Below, one piece after another: positions 48,914 to 58,531 of a stretch of 64,000 bases of DNA; positions within the stretch are counted from its first letter, which is position 1; each line of letters opens with the position of its first letter. The notes under the pieces are model-generated. The model was not told the DNA's origin. It made no database searches and saw nothing but the letters and a program-made list of their open reading frames with translations. The position numbers and the translations under genes are program-made. Source of the stretch: a virus; the IMG/VR virus record IMGVR_UViG_3300026382_000010, positions 42,052 to 106,051 of that record. One strand, 5' to 3'.

Positions 48914-51412
48914 GTGGAAAGGGTAGTTGTTTTAGAAATGTATTTTAAAGAAAGCGAAATTCCCGCATATCAAAAATTTATCACCGGATATAATTACGGC
49001 GAATACTTTACAGATTATCTACCAGATTTGATTGATGTTGCAATTTATTGTGCAGGTAGTCTTTGGAAACATTGGGAAACTCCAGAATATGATGCAAAAG
49101 TAGAACCTAGTTATTATACAACAGTCCCATATCGTATTGAGTATCCTTGGAATCCATGCCATGAAGATTGGTATAATCCAAAAATGTCCTGGGAAGAAGC
49201 AATTATCACAGTCTTTCCAAAAACTGACGACTATATATTCAATCAATGCTACTATCATCCCATAAAATACGAATCAGTATACCGTGAAAGGTTATTTTGG
49301 GACGTACCTTACAACTACAATACTGAAGAAAGTAAAAAATGGGATAAATATGTAAATATTGAATACGAAACCTTATCTAGTTTTACCTATAACTTTCTAG
49401 TGCCAGATACGCTCAATGTAGATGCAACTTTTGCAAATAATATTGGAAAATGCTGTTTTAAGTATATTTCGGATCCAAGTAACTGGACTCCTATCTACGA
49501 CTCAAATACTAAAACTGACTCAAATGGAAATTATATCGTTACATCAAATTCCAAGATTGTCGACTATAATTACAATACCCAGGTTCAGGTTCCAGTTTTT
49601 AAAATTGATGTTAGTAAACGACAAAAGCTAGATGAATTTTCAATTACCTTTACTTTCCATGATATTCAAAGCAAAAACAATGAATTTAAAATTGACAGAA
49701 GAGGTATTTCTTATCGTATCTGGGCAGATACTAGTCCATTTAGTGCAGTAATTCCATTTGAAACTGAAAAGAAATATACAGTTCAATTTGAATACCATTA
49801 TGACAGTAATTATACTAAGCAGCTATATCTTTATTTACGCGATTCAAATAACAATGCTCTTGCATATTCTCTAATTGAAAATCCCAAAAGCGTAACTACA
49901 TTATCAATTTCTTTTGAAACCGATGATAAACTCAATTATCCACATTTTTTAAAAGATGACGCCTTATTATTTGAAATAATTGATTGCAGTTTAGAGCCTG
50001 AAGTTCATGTGCATCCTAGGATTGAACGCTACGTTCGTCCTATGCGAATGGCTGAATTTATGAAATTTGAATTTGAGTTTCTTAACGATGGAAAATACAA
50101 CCCAAGTCATCTTAGAATTCTTTTTGTGAAATTCTGGAACCAAGGGTTTATAACCTATAGAATTTTCTTAGATGGTTTGGATAACTTTCTCGATTTAGAA
50201 TTTGAGGAAGAAAATGACGAATTTGTTGAAAAGTTTGTCTTAAATATGCTTCCTAACATTAAAGGAGTGGTTTTCGATAGCAATTTCATTAACAAAATGA
50301 AATTTGAATGGCGTATCTTTACAGATATCTACGTTTGGGCATATAATTTACCAGTTACAGGTTCAAAGGATAAATATGGTTATCATATTCCAGTAACCAC
50401 AAATATTAAAAACTGGGTATTAATTGGTTACGATATAGGAGCTGATCGTTATAATATAACTGACTATTTTGAAGTAAATGTAGGAGATCGTTGCGTTCCT
50501 TGGAAGGAAATTAATTTTAGATTGCCATGTCCTGGTTATAAGACACGTGATGGACGTTGGCATGATATACCTTGTAATTGCGGTGGAGATATATTTTATA
50601 GTTGCTACTCAGTATATACTCGTAAACTATTTACATTCATTCGTCCCATTGGTTATAGCCCTCATCTTAACAAAAACGTCATGCGCTTTTTAAAAGTGCT
50701 TGCGCAAAGTTTTAACATCAATGTTAAAATACGCCCTAGATACATTAGGTTACTTAAACAAGCTAGCCCTCCAATTCTTGAGGTAACTAAAAAAGTATAT
50801 CTGCAACCTAAATACCATACTAAATTTCGAGAAACCTTTGACATTGTATTTGCAAATAGATTTGATAAAGCATGGCAATCTGTAAGACGTATTGATTTTA
50901 TCTACGAGTTTTTATTTGGACATAACACAGTAGGCTTTTACAACAAGTATACAGATACATATTATCATTTCAGAGATAGAATTTTGTATACAAAGGACTT
51001 TGAAAATCCGATTAATCATACAAAGGTTTATAGACGTTACATACAATACTTACCATTGTATATTATCGATGATTTCTCAGTAAGCGAATTCAAAATGTAC
51101 TCCACGTTAATTCACTTTACTTTCGAAAACATTGAGTATCACTCTAATGCAAATCTTATACTTGAAGACGTTGTAAAATTACTTGAAGAATATAACTCTA
51201 AGTGGAAATCCAAAGAATATCCTCCAAAGTATCCCTATAAATGTCCCGGTATTTCCTATCATGTCCCACCATCAATAAATCGAGAACTTGCATTTAAATG
51301 GCCAAATGTACCATTTTCTCCTCAAATGTATGATAACTACTACTTTATTCCAGAAAATGAAAATTACTTTGCAAACATAATAACTCCATACCCTTCGGAG
51401 TATTCTGAATGA
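48914..51412 (+). CDS. Hypothetical structural protein
   Basis: 832 aa, 5 DSN, Cys-rich patch. Start uncertain (GTG 48914 or ATG 48938). Confidence 0.65.
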   Translation: MERVVVLEMYFKESEIPAYQKFITGYNYGEYFTDYLPDLIDVAIYCAGSLWKHWETPEYDAKVEPSYYTTVPYRIEYPWNPCHEDWYNPKMSWEEAIITVFPKTDDYIFNQCYYHPIKYESVYRERLFWDVPYNYNTEESKKWDKYVNIEYETLSSFTYNFLVPDTLNVDATFANNIGKCCFKYISDPSNWTPIYDSNTKTDSNGNYIVTSNSKIVDYNYNTQVQVPVFKIDVSKRQKLDEFSITFTFHDIQSKNNEFKIDRRGISYRIWADTSPFSAVIPFETEKKYTVQFEYHYDSNYTKQLYLYLRDSNNNALAYSLIENPKSVTTLSISFETDDKLNYPHFLKDDALLFEIIDCSLEPEVHVHPRIERYVRPMRMAEFMKFEFEFLNDGKYNPSHLRILFVKFWNQGFITYRIFLDGLDNFLDLEFEEENDEFVEKFVLNMLPNIKGVVFDSNFINKMKFEWRIFTDIYVWAYNLPVTGSKDKYGYHIPVTTNIKNWVLIGYDIGADRYNITDYFEVNVGDRCVPWKEINFRLPCPGYKTRDGRWHDIPCNCGGDIFYSCYSVYTRKLFTFIRPIGYSPHLNKNVMRFLKVLAQSFNINVKIRPRYIRLLKQASPPILEVTKKVYLQPKYHTKFRETFDIVFANRFDKAWQSVRRIDFIYEFLFGHNTVGFYNKYTDTYYHFRDRILYTKDFENPINHTKVYRRYIQYLPLYIIDDFSVSEFKMYSTLIHFTFENIEYHSNANLILEDVVKLLEEYNSKWKSKEYPPKYPYKCPGISYHVPPSINRELAFKWPNVPFSPQMYDNYYFIPENENYFANIITPYPSEYSE

Positions 51413-51792
51413 TAACAATTATTAACTATGCCAAACAAAAGAGACATCTAGAGGAAACGATTTTGGCAGCTGTTCAACTTGCACCGCTTGATTATGGCGT
51501 GAATATAAAACTTGATCCATGTGGATCTCCTCAATCATTTAACGTAACTGTTAAAGGTGAACCTGTATTATCCGTTGATTGTATGAAAGATTTTTACGGT
51601 CAAATCTATGGATACAAATTTGATGGAATGTACAATGGGGTTCAATATTTAAAAAGAGATATTGATTCTTATGCAATACAAGATGAAGCAACTCATGTAA
51701 TGGAAACACTATATACTCAAGACTATATAGAAAAAATAAAAGCGGAGGTTTTAGGCGATGAAGAAGATACACAAGATAGTACCAGTTACTAA
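51409..51792 (+). CDS. Hypothetical protein
   Basis: 127 aa, ATGA overlap with the upstream gene. Confidence 0.7.
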   Translation: MITIINYAKQKRHLEETILAAVQLAPLDYGVNIKLDPCGSPQSFNVTVKGEPVLSVDCMKDFYGQIYGYKFDGMYNGVQYLKRDIDSYAIQDEATHVMETLYTQDYIEKIKAEVLGDEEDTQDSTSY

Positions 51793-52072
51793 TGCTAGAG
51801 TATCCTGGACTGATCCTGAAACACATGAAACCTACATTATTCCAAGTCAAGGAGTATACCTTGACGAACTTCCCGAACATGTGGTAAAATTCCTTCAAAA
51901 ATTAAAACTTGTAAAAATTGTTGAAGTTGAGGAAGAAGAAGCTAAAAATAAATTGAAAGAAGAACTTCAAAAATTAAATCCGTTTGCTTCTGAGAAAAAA
52001 GAAAAAGCAGTTAAACAAGATGCGCCAAATCATTTGACAATCGTAGCTGAAAAGAAAAATCCTGAAGCATAA
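51758..52072 (+). CDS. Hypothetical protein
   Basis: 104 aa, GGAGG SD. Confidence 0.7.
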   Translation: MKKIHKIVPVTNARVSWTDPETHETYIIPSQGVYLDELPEHVVKFLQKLKLVKIVEVEEEEAKNKLKEELQKLNPFASEKKEKAVKQDAPNHLTIVAEKKNPEA

Positions 52073-52092
52073 AAAAGTAGAGGCAAAAAGTT

Positions 52093-52716
52093 ATGAGTAC
52101 TGCAACTCTCGAAAAAATCAAATTACCAATTGCCTCGGATACAGAAAAACTCGAAATCAAAAATGTTCATACTGACATTTATCTACCTTTATTTATTACG
52201 GAATTTGCCGATGAAAAACATTATACCAAATTTATAAAGAATGTAGAACGCGTTGTTCGTGCATCACTTGAATACAAAATGTGGCTTAAATTTTTACGTG
52301 AAAATTTGGGTATGACAAAGTGTGTATTTACTGGAGAAACTCTTGAAGAAACTGATGATATCGAAATCCATCATCATCCCTTTACATTATATGACATTTG
52401 CAAAATTGTTGTAGATACTTATTTAAAACAAGGTAAACCATTTTGTACATTTACAATCGCTATGGAAGTTATTCAATTGCATTTTCAGTTAAATGTAGGT
52501 TTTGTACCGATTGCGGGCACTTTGCATAAAAAATTCCATAATGGTTATTTGGAAATTCCTCGCGAGTACATTTACGGAAATCCAAAATATCTAATTGACA
52601 ATTATTACGTAACAGAATCGCTTATTGAAAAATATGAAAAGTATATGTCTGTTACTTTAGATGCAGATATCTATCAAAAATCCTGGAATCTAAAGGATAG
52701 CGAAGATGGTTTATAA
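52093..52716 (+). CDS. HNH-like protein of large phages
   Basis: CVFTG...IEIHHHP...VGFVP....LHKKFH resembles a beta-beta-alpha-metal motif. Confidence 0.55.
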   Translation: MSTATLEKIKLPIASDTEKLEIKNVHTDIYLPLFITEFADEKHYTKFIKNVERVVRASLEYKMWLKFLRENLGMTKCVFTGETLEETDDIEIHHHPFTLYDICKIVVDTYLKQGKPFCTFTIAMEVIQLHFQLNVGFVPIAGTLHKKFHNGYLEIPREYIYGNPKYLIDNYYVTESLIEKYEKYMSVTLDADIYQKSWNLKDSEDGL

Positions 52717-53902
52717 TAGATTTTACGTCAAAAGTAGACTCTATGAAACTCCAAACTATAAATTCTACGATCTACGAAATCTATTTTTGACAAGTCATGT
52801 ATATTATGCACTTAAAGAAACTAGTACCGCCAGTTTACTCGAGAAAAACTACTCTCTGGATATAATAGCATCACTTTTTTATTCAAGTACTGATGTAGAC
52901 TATATTATCGCAACAATCTCAGGTTTCTCACGTTTTTATCTTGATGCACTCAATGAAAAAGAAATCTATTTACCTGATGAAACTCTAATTTCAGAAATTA
53001 CCATTTTATACGATCAATTTTTCGACGACGTATATTATACTCAATTAACATTTGATCCACAGGATACCTGGTTTACTAAACAAACTAGCTCAAGGAGTTC
53101 ACTTTTTACTAAACTCCTAAATAAAGAGCTTATACTATATGATTTGAATTACGAAGAAGTTGCAGGATTAATTTCGAACGATCCTGTGCAAATTTTCAAC
53201 GTATACTTTAAGCAAAATAATATTCCAGCATATGCTCAATGGAATGCTGATCGTTCAAAAATTGAAATTATTTCAACGGTTCCTTTAACATCATCAATTT
53301 TACTGCAACTGCTATTGAATGCAATTAAAAAATACAATGTGACAAAGTATCCGCTAGAGAATATAGTAATCCGTACTCAAACTCAACTTATGAGTCAGCT
53401 ATATACTATCATCACGGATTACTCCTATAAAAGCGAAACCAATTATCTGCTTGAGGATATTCCAGAAAATAAATACGATATCTTAATAAACTACCTTTTA
53501 CAAAAGTATCCAGATTTAAAATTGGCGCAATATGAATTTGTTGGTGATTGTTTGCATTTACGCTTTCTAAAAACAAGCGAAAGTTTACCTGCATTTCTAC
53601 TTGAATTATACATGATAATTCGTCAGAAATATAAGCGGATTCGAGTTTACGTAATCCCAGCGTTAAATAAAGAGTTTTACATTGGAGCTCACTCCGATGT
53701 ACTACAATTTTCACTGTTATGGAATGAAGATGATGTACTAAATGAAATTCTAAATTACCTAAGGGCTAAATATGGTAACTTTACACTTGAGGAAACTGAT
53801 ACTACAATTTACCTTACCAATGTTGAAAATCCAGAAAATATGCCACTGTTATTATTAATTCTAAGCAAAATCTTTCAAAAACCAGTAATTAAAAAGGACT
53901 AA
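52706..53902 (+). CDS. Baseplate wedge gp53/LysM-like protein with C-terminal repeats
   Basis: YSLDIIASLFYSS....YII...G.........IYLP resembles gp53/LysM; followed by about three related alpha/beta modules. Confidence 0.5.
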   Translation: MVYNRFYVKSRLYETPNYKFYDLRNLFLTSHVYYALKETSTASLLEKNYSLDIIASLFYSSTDVDYIIATISGFSRFYLDALNEKEIYLPDETLISEITILYDQFFDDVYYTQLTFDPQDTWFTKQTSSRSSLFTKLLNKELILYDLNYEEVAGLISNDPVQIFNVYFKQNNIPAYAQWNADRSKIEIISTVPLTSSILLQLLLNAIKKYNVTKYPLENIVIRTQTQLMSQLYTIITDYSYKSETNYLLEDIPENKYDILINYLLQKYPDLKLAQYEFVGDCLHLRFLKTSESLPAFLLELYMIIRQKYKRIRVYVIPALNKEFYIGAHSDVLQFSLLWNEDDVLNEILNYLRAKYGNFTLEETDTTIYLTNVENPENMPLLLLILSKIFQKPVIKKD

Positions 53903-53906
53903 ATAA

Positions 53907-55826
53907 ATGGCAAATTTTGGAACTCTAATCCTAACCAATAAAGGGCGCGAGCTGATTGCAAAATCTATAGTTGAAGGATTTGATTTGCAATACTTGTATG
54001 GTAAAGTTGGTGATGGTATTTGGCCTGATAACATTGTACCTGAATTGCTTGAGGATTTAATTTCTCCAAAGGGTATTGCTAAATTTTTAACCTATCCTTA
54101 CATTGAAGACAATGTTATACACTGCGAATTAGTATTTGATAATACAAATGTAACTGAGGGGTTTTATTTACGTGAATTTGGTATTTTTGTAAGAGATGAA
54201 AATGGCGAAGAAGTTTTGTTTGCAGTTGCTTATGACGATGAGCCTACATACATTCCGCCTTCCTCTAGTATGTATTTTGAGGAACGCTTTGAGCTTAAAA
54301 TCCTCATAAGTAATACTTCAGATGTTAAAATCAAAGTTGCTCCTAGCAATAACTTTGTAGTTGCCGACGATTTTAATCGTTTGGTTAATATTTGTAATAA
54401 ATACGGAATTCAATGGAATGAAGGTTCATATATTCCGAAAATACAAAATTGTATTCTCTATTTGCCTATTGCTGACGAGTATGAATTAGGTACGCCCCTG
54501 GAGTACGATCCTTTAACAGGATATTACCAAAAGGCTCTAAATTACGAGAATGTAAACTGGTATTACGTCGATAAAGATATTGTACAATTAACTGGTCCAT
54601 TTCAAACTTTCGATACAAACTTATTAAACCTTCCCGCCAATACATTTTTATATCTCGATTCAAATGGATCGTATACTCCAAATGAAGTTGGAAAATATCC
54701 AATTGCATATTACTTACGCGACGGGATTATTTATACCTTCGGTCCTATTGCAAAACTTTCTTATTTCCTAGCAGATAAATATGCTAAAACTTATAGCGAC
54801 AAAGTTGAGCAAGATTTATTAACTAATTTAGCAAATGTAAAAAGCGAATTACAAACATCAATCGACAACCTAAATACAAAACTGGATACTGTTGATTTAA
54901 ATCATACAAATACGGAAAATGTAATCTTTTCAAAAATTGAGGATTTGCAATATCAAATTATCGATATTAAGAATATTTTTGGAAGCTATGAGATTACAGT
55001 TGATAGTAATAATGCTGAGACATTTGATATAAACGAAGTTCTCTCAAAACCTTATAGCACAATTACAATCTATTTTGCAACAGATATAGCTTTTGAAAAC
55101 CAAACAATTGTAGTTTCAAAGAAAAATATATCACTTATCGGGCAATTAAAGAGCGATGGAACTATTCCTAACATTTCATTTTTAAACACTACAATTTCAT
55201 GTACTGAAGGTAGCCTCACGCTTAAAAATATGAATCTGGATATCAAAAATTTAGCATCGCTTGATGTATTTGCATTTATTAATGCAGCGTATGCAAAAAT
55301 TTATCTTGAAAACTTAAATATTCAATGTGGATATGAATATCTGGTAAATCTAAATGAAGACTCTCAAGTATACTTTAAGTATGTAAACTTACCAGTTGAA
55401 ATTCCAGTTAAACTATGTAACATAGATACCTTTGCAAAAGTATATTTGGAAAACTATGAACCGTATACCTTTGTAGAAATTGATAGTAACGCAAACGAAC
55501 CTAAACTAGATTCAAATGGCGATGTTATTGTCAATACATATTTCCTTTTAGATTTATGTAGCGGCGTTACATATAGTGATTTAGGTGTTCCAACAAATAT
55601 TCTGTATAAGGAAGTATATGTAGGAACACCTGAGGAAACAGTTTACGATTCTAATGCAACTACAGATTCAAACTCTACAACTACTGATTCCAATTCAAGT
55701 ACTACGGACTCAAATTCTACAACCACTGACTCGAACTCTAGTACAACCAATTCCAATATCGTAACTACGGATTCAAATTCTAGTACTATAGATTCAAATA
55801 GTACTACTACAGATTCTAACGCATAG
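53907..55826 (+). CDS. Tail fibre protein (tail-collar/DUF3751 N-terminus)
   Basis: ILTNKGRELIAK, KVGDG, FDNTNVTEGFYLREFGIF, LFAVAY; coiled coil; beta-helix-like region; DSN-repeat tail. Confidence 0.85.
   Translation: MANFGTLILTNKGRELIAKSIVEGFDLQYLYGKVGDGIWPDNIVPELLEDLISPKGIAKFLTYPYIEDNVIHCELVFDNTNVTEGFYLREFGIFVRDENGEEVLFAVAYDDEPTYIPPSSSMYFEERFELKILISNTSDVKIKVAPSNNFVVADDFNRLVNICNKYGIQWNEGSYIPKIQNCILYLPIADEYELGTPLEYDPLTGYYQKALNYENVNWYYVDKDIVQLTGPFQTFDTNLLNLPANTFLYLDSNGSYTPNEVGKYPIAYYLRDGIIYTFGPIAKLSYFLADKYAKTYSDKVEQDLLTNLANVKSELQTSIDNLNTKLDTVDLNHTNTENVIFSKIEDLQYQIIDIKNIFGSYEITVDSNNAETFDINEVLSKPYSTITIYFATDIAFENQTIVVSKKNISLIGQLKSDGTIPNISFLNTTISCTEGSLTLKNMNLDIKNLASLDVFAFINAAYAKIYLENLNIQCGYEYLVNLNEDSQVYFKYVNLPVEIPVKLCNIDTFAKVYLENYEPYTFVEIDSNANEPKLDSNGDVIVNTYFLLDLCSGVTYSDLGVPTNILYKEVYVGTPEETVYDSNATTDSNSTTTDSNSSTTDSNSTTTDSNSSTTNSNIVTTDSNSSTIDSNSTTTDSNA
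55647..55823 (+). repeat. Degenerate 21-bp tandem repeat encoding DSN(S/A)(S/T)TT units
   Basis: DSNATT DSNSTTT DSNSSTT DSNSTTT DSNSSTT NSNIVTT DSNSSTI DSNSTTT DSNA; synonymous codons vary between units. Confidence 0.95.
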
Positions 55827-55842
55827 TGCGAGGTAACTTAAT

Positions 55843-56403
55843 ATGCTTGAAGAAAATTATGTTTATGTAGGGGCATCGATTGGAATTTCTTTTGTTTCAA
55901 AACTGATTCGTTTATATCAATGGGGTTATCCATATACTCATATCTTTGTGATTGATGATAGAGAACTTGAAAGTTTCGATGATTTATTTGATGGTTCAAA
56001 AATTGTGGTTTATGAAGCATTTCCAAAGAAAAATCCAAAACCTGGCTTTAACAACGTATATCGCGATAAATTTAGCGCAATGCATTCAAAAAATACAAAG
56101 TATTCTGTCTTCAAACTAAATGTAAAAAACTACCATTATAAAAAAGCAATTTTTAAGGAACTTGATAGACATTTAGGTAAAAAATACGACTGGTTAGGAA
56201 TTTTAGGATTTATTACACGTAATAAAAATCTTGAAGATCCCGATAAATTATTTTGCTCGGAATATGCATTTATGTGTATAAATCCATATTTTAAACAAGC
56301 GCATAATAAACCATTATTGCGAGATACTAAACCGGCTGAAGTATCGCCAAGACTCTTTCTAAAAATACCTTTTTTAGAATATGTGGGTGATGGAAAATGT
56401 TAG
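55843..56403 (+). CDS. Permuted papain-like NlpC/P60 amidase (YaeF/YiiX-like)
   Basis: SKLIR..Q...YTH, YEA, GKKYDWLGILGF, LFCSE, SP..F; His precedes Cys as in the permuted family. Confidence 0.8.
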   Translation: MLEENYVYVGASIGISFVSKLIRLYQWGYPYTHIFVIDDRELESFDDLFDGSKIVVYEAFPKKNPKPGFNNVYRDKFSAMHSKNTKYSVFKLNVKNYHYKKAIFKELDRHLGKKYDWLGILGFITRNKNLEDPDKLFCSEYAFMCINPYFKQAHNKPLLRDTKPAEVSPRLFLKIPFLEYVGDGKC

Positions 56404-57419
56404 TATTAACATTTGAAGGCGAGAAATTTTACAACGGATTTGTAAATTATTTAGAAACAGTTTCCAAATATCAAGATGAATACGAAACTGTATTAAAATT
56501 ACTCGAAAGAAAGTATATTAAAAATGTAAACCTAATTTATTTGCTTGTTGATGATCCTGAGGTTGGAAAACTACTAACTCTAATACCTAATGCATATCTT
56601 GCACATAATTTAGCTATAGTATTTGATGAAGTTTTTCCAACAGATGCCTCAGACTTAAACAAACTCAAGTTAATTATTGAAGGAAAATCCACATTTACCT
56701 CATCAATATTTAGTAATCTTGCAATATCCATTTGGAGTACTGCTCCTTTTTACTGGTGTATCGGAAAGGAAAACTACTGGACAGATACAGTGTATGACTC
56801 ATTATATTTTGCAGCAGGTTTAATTGCAAATGCAATATATAAATTGGTAGTACGTTTACAAGGTGATGAATATCGCGATAGAGAGCATTACGAGCAAATT
56901 TTAGCATTAACTATATTTTACTACTTCTACAGAATCTTTAAGCTTGGTTATAATCAAGCTCTCGTATATACTGCAGATACGATCATTAGAAATAGCGAGT
57001 TGAAGCTAGATGTAGATATTACTGAATTCAAACTTGATAAATTTAAAGGACGCGTTGACGTTTCAATTTTCTTAAGACGCTACACTTCTAAAAATATTAC
57101 ATCTTTATATGAACTGCTTGCGAATGCAGGATATCTAGTTGATCTACAGACTAATAAAAACTTTTGGAGAGCACTTGCAAATATTTTGGGAGTTACAATT
57201 TTAAGAGTTCTACTGGTCTTTAAACATGGAAACTATAAACTTAATGCTTCAAGATTGGCATATCGTTGTATTAAGCTAGTTTTGGGAGATTATTTCCATT
57301 TGTATTCCGATTTTAGAACTATAAAACGTCTTTTAAATAAAGCATACATTGAGTATATTAAACGGGTATATCTATGGATAGGAAGATTCGAAAAAACTCT
57401 AAAGCAATTGTATCGTTAA
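56397..57419 (+). CDS. Hypothetical helical protein
   Basis: 340 aa ORF, GGTGA SD. Confidence 0.7.
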   Translation: MLVLTFEGEKFYNGFVNYLETVSKYQDEYETVLKLLERKYIKNVNLIYLLVDDPEVGKLLTLIPNAYLAHNLAIVFDEVFPTDASDLNKLKLIIEGKSTFTSSIFSNLAISIWSTAPFYWCIGKENYWTDTVYDSLYFAAGLIANAIYKLVVRLQGDEYRDREHYEQILALTIFYYFYRIFKLGYNQALVYTADTIIRNSELKLDVDITEFKLDKFKGRVDVSIFLRRYTSKNITSLYELLANAGYLVDLQTNKNFWRALANILGVTILRVLLVFKHGNYKLNASRLAYRCIKLVLGDYFHLYSDFRTIKRLLNKAYIEYIKRVYLWIGRFEKTLKQLYR

Positions 57420-58531
57420 ATAGATTATCAGAGTTTAAAATACCAGACTTTAACTCACTTGTAAAAGATCTATTGATTAACCCTTTGAAGACTACGCTGG
57501 GACGAGTTTCAGCAGTACGTGTAATTCTCTATATTACGAGACTAGGAATTGTAATTGATACAGCATTTACAAATAAAGATTACATTGCGGGAATTGGGTT
57601 AATTATCCTAGTATTATCATTATCCTTCACCATTATTCCTATTTTAATTGCAAACAGAATTCATCATTTGGAAGATGCATTAACAACTGGCAATTATAAA
57701 GTATTACAAACACCAATTCTAAGATCAGGAACAGTTAGATCTATTATTGATAGAATTTTAAAGAAGGCAATTAGTAATAAGTTAATTGCTCTCATTGTAC
57801 GTCTAATTGTAAAAGGGCTTATTACATTCTACAACTATTGTACTCAGCGAATTGTAGACAATCCATTTGTGCTTTTCATTTTTATGATGCTCTATGCTCC
57901 TATAAATGGTATAATGCTTTTGATTGCAAGACAGTTTGTAAATCTTGCAAAACGTCAAGAACAAATTGCAATGCAACAATCTACACTTTTACGTATTACT
58001 CGAAGTTTCAATGAAAATATAATTGATGAAATCGTTGAGGCATACGATCAACTTATTATTGCATTTGGAAATGTAATAAAGGAGAGAATTCCAATTATTG
58101 GTAGGTTTATTGCTGCAGTTCAACGTGTTTACTTGACATTAAAACGTAAAGTAGTTTCTCTTTTTCCAAAACGCTCTCTCACTGAAGCATTATATCCACT
58201 TCGCGAATTTATCGATATTAACCCAATTTCAATTCTACTTTCAATTCTCAAAAAATTGATAGGCTGGGCTCTACATAAGTTAAAACTTGGACTACTACTG
58301 GGTACTCTTATTGCATTAATGCTAAAAATTCCAGCAGTAAGAAATATTTTATATCGTATACCAGGATTTGCAAGATTCTGGGGACAAATTCGTACTCAAG
58401 CGCAACGTTTCGTTACATATACGCGTCTAGATAAAATCATTGAACTTGGTAAGAAAATCGGTCAAGAATTGAAACAGCTCGCTATGCTAAATAAACTAAC
58501 AAACCTTTTTAAAGGAGCTGAAGCTAAATGA
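57374..58531 (+). CDS. Hypothetical basic amphipathic/membrane protein
   Basis: 385 aa, Ile/Leu/Arg/Lys rich, hydrophobic helices. Confidence 0.7.
   Translation: MDRKIRKNSKAIVSLNRLSEFKIPDFNSLVKDLLINPLKTTLGRVSAVRVILYITRLGIVIDTAFTNKDYIAGIGLIILVLSLSFTIIPILIANRIHHLEDALTTGNYKVLQTPILRSGTVRSIIDRILKKAISNKLIALIVRLIVKGLITFYNYCTQRIVDNPFVLFIFMMLYAPINGIMLLIARQFVNLAKRQEQIAMQQSTLLRITRSFNENIIDEIVEAYDQLIIAFGNVIKERIPIIGRFIAAVQRVYLTLKRKVVSLFPKRSLTEALYPLREFIDINPISILLSILKKLIGWALHKLKLGLLLGTLIALMLKIPAVRNILYRIPGFARFWGQIRTQAQRFVTYTRLDKIIELGKKIGQELKQLAMLNKLTNLFKGAEAK

Noticed and set aside
55647-55823. CRISPR array or diversity-generating retroelement repeat
   Set aside because: In-frame degenerate coding repeat with no spacers; no reverse transcriptase or template repeat seen.
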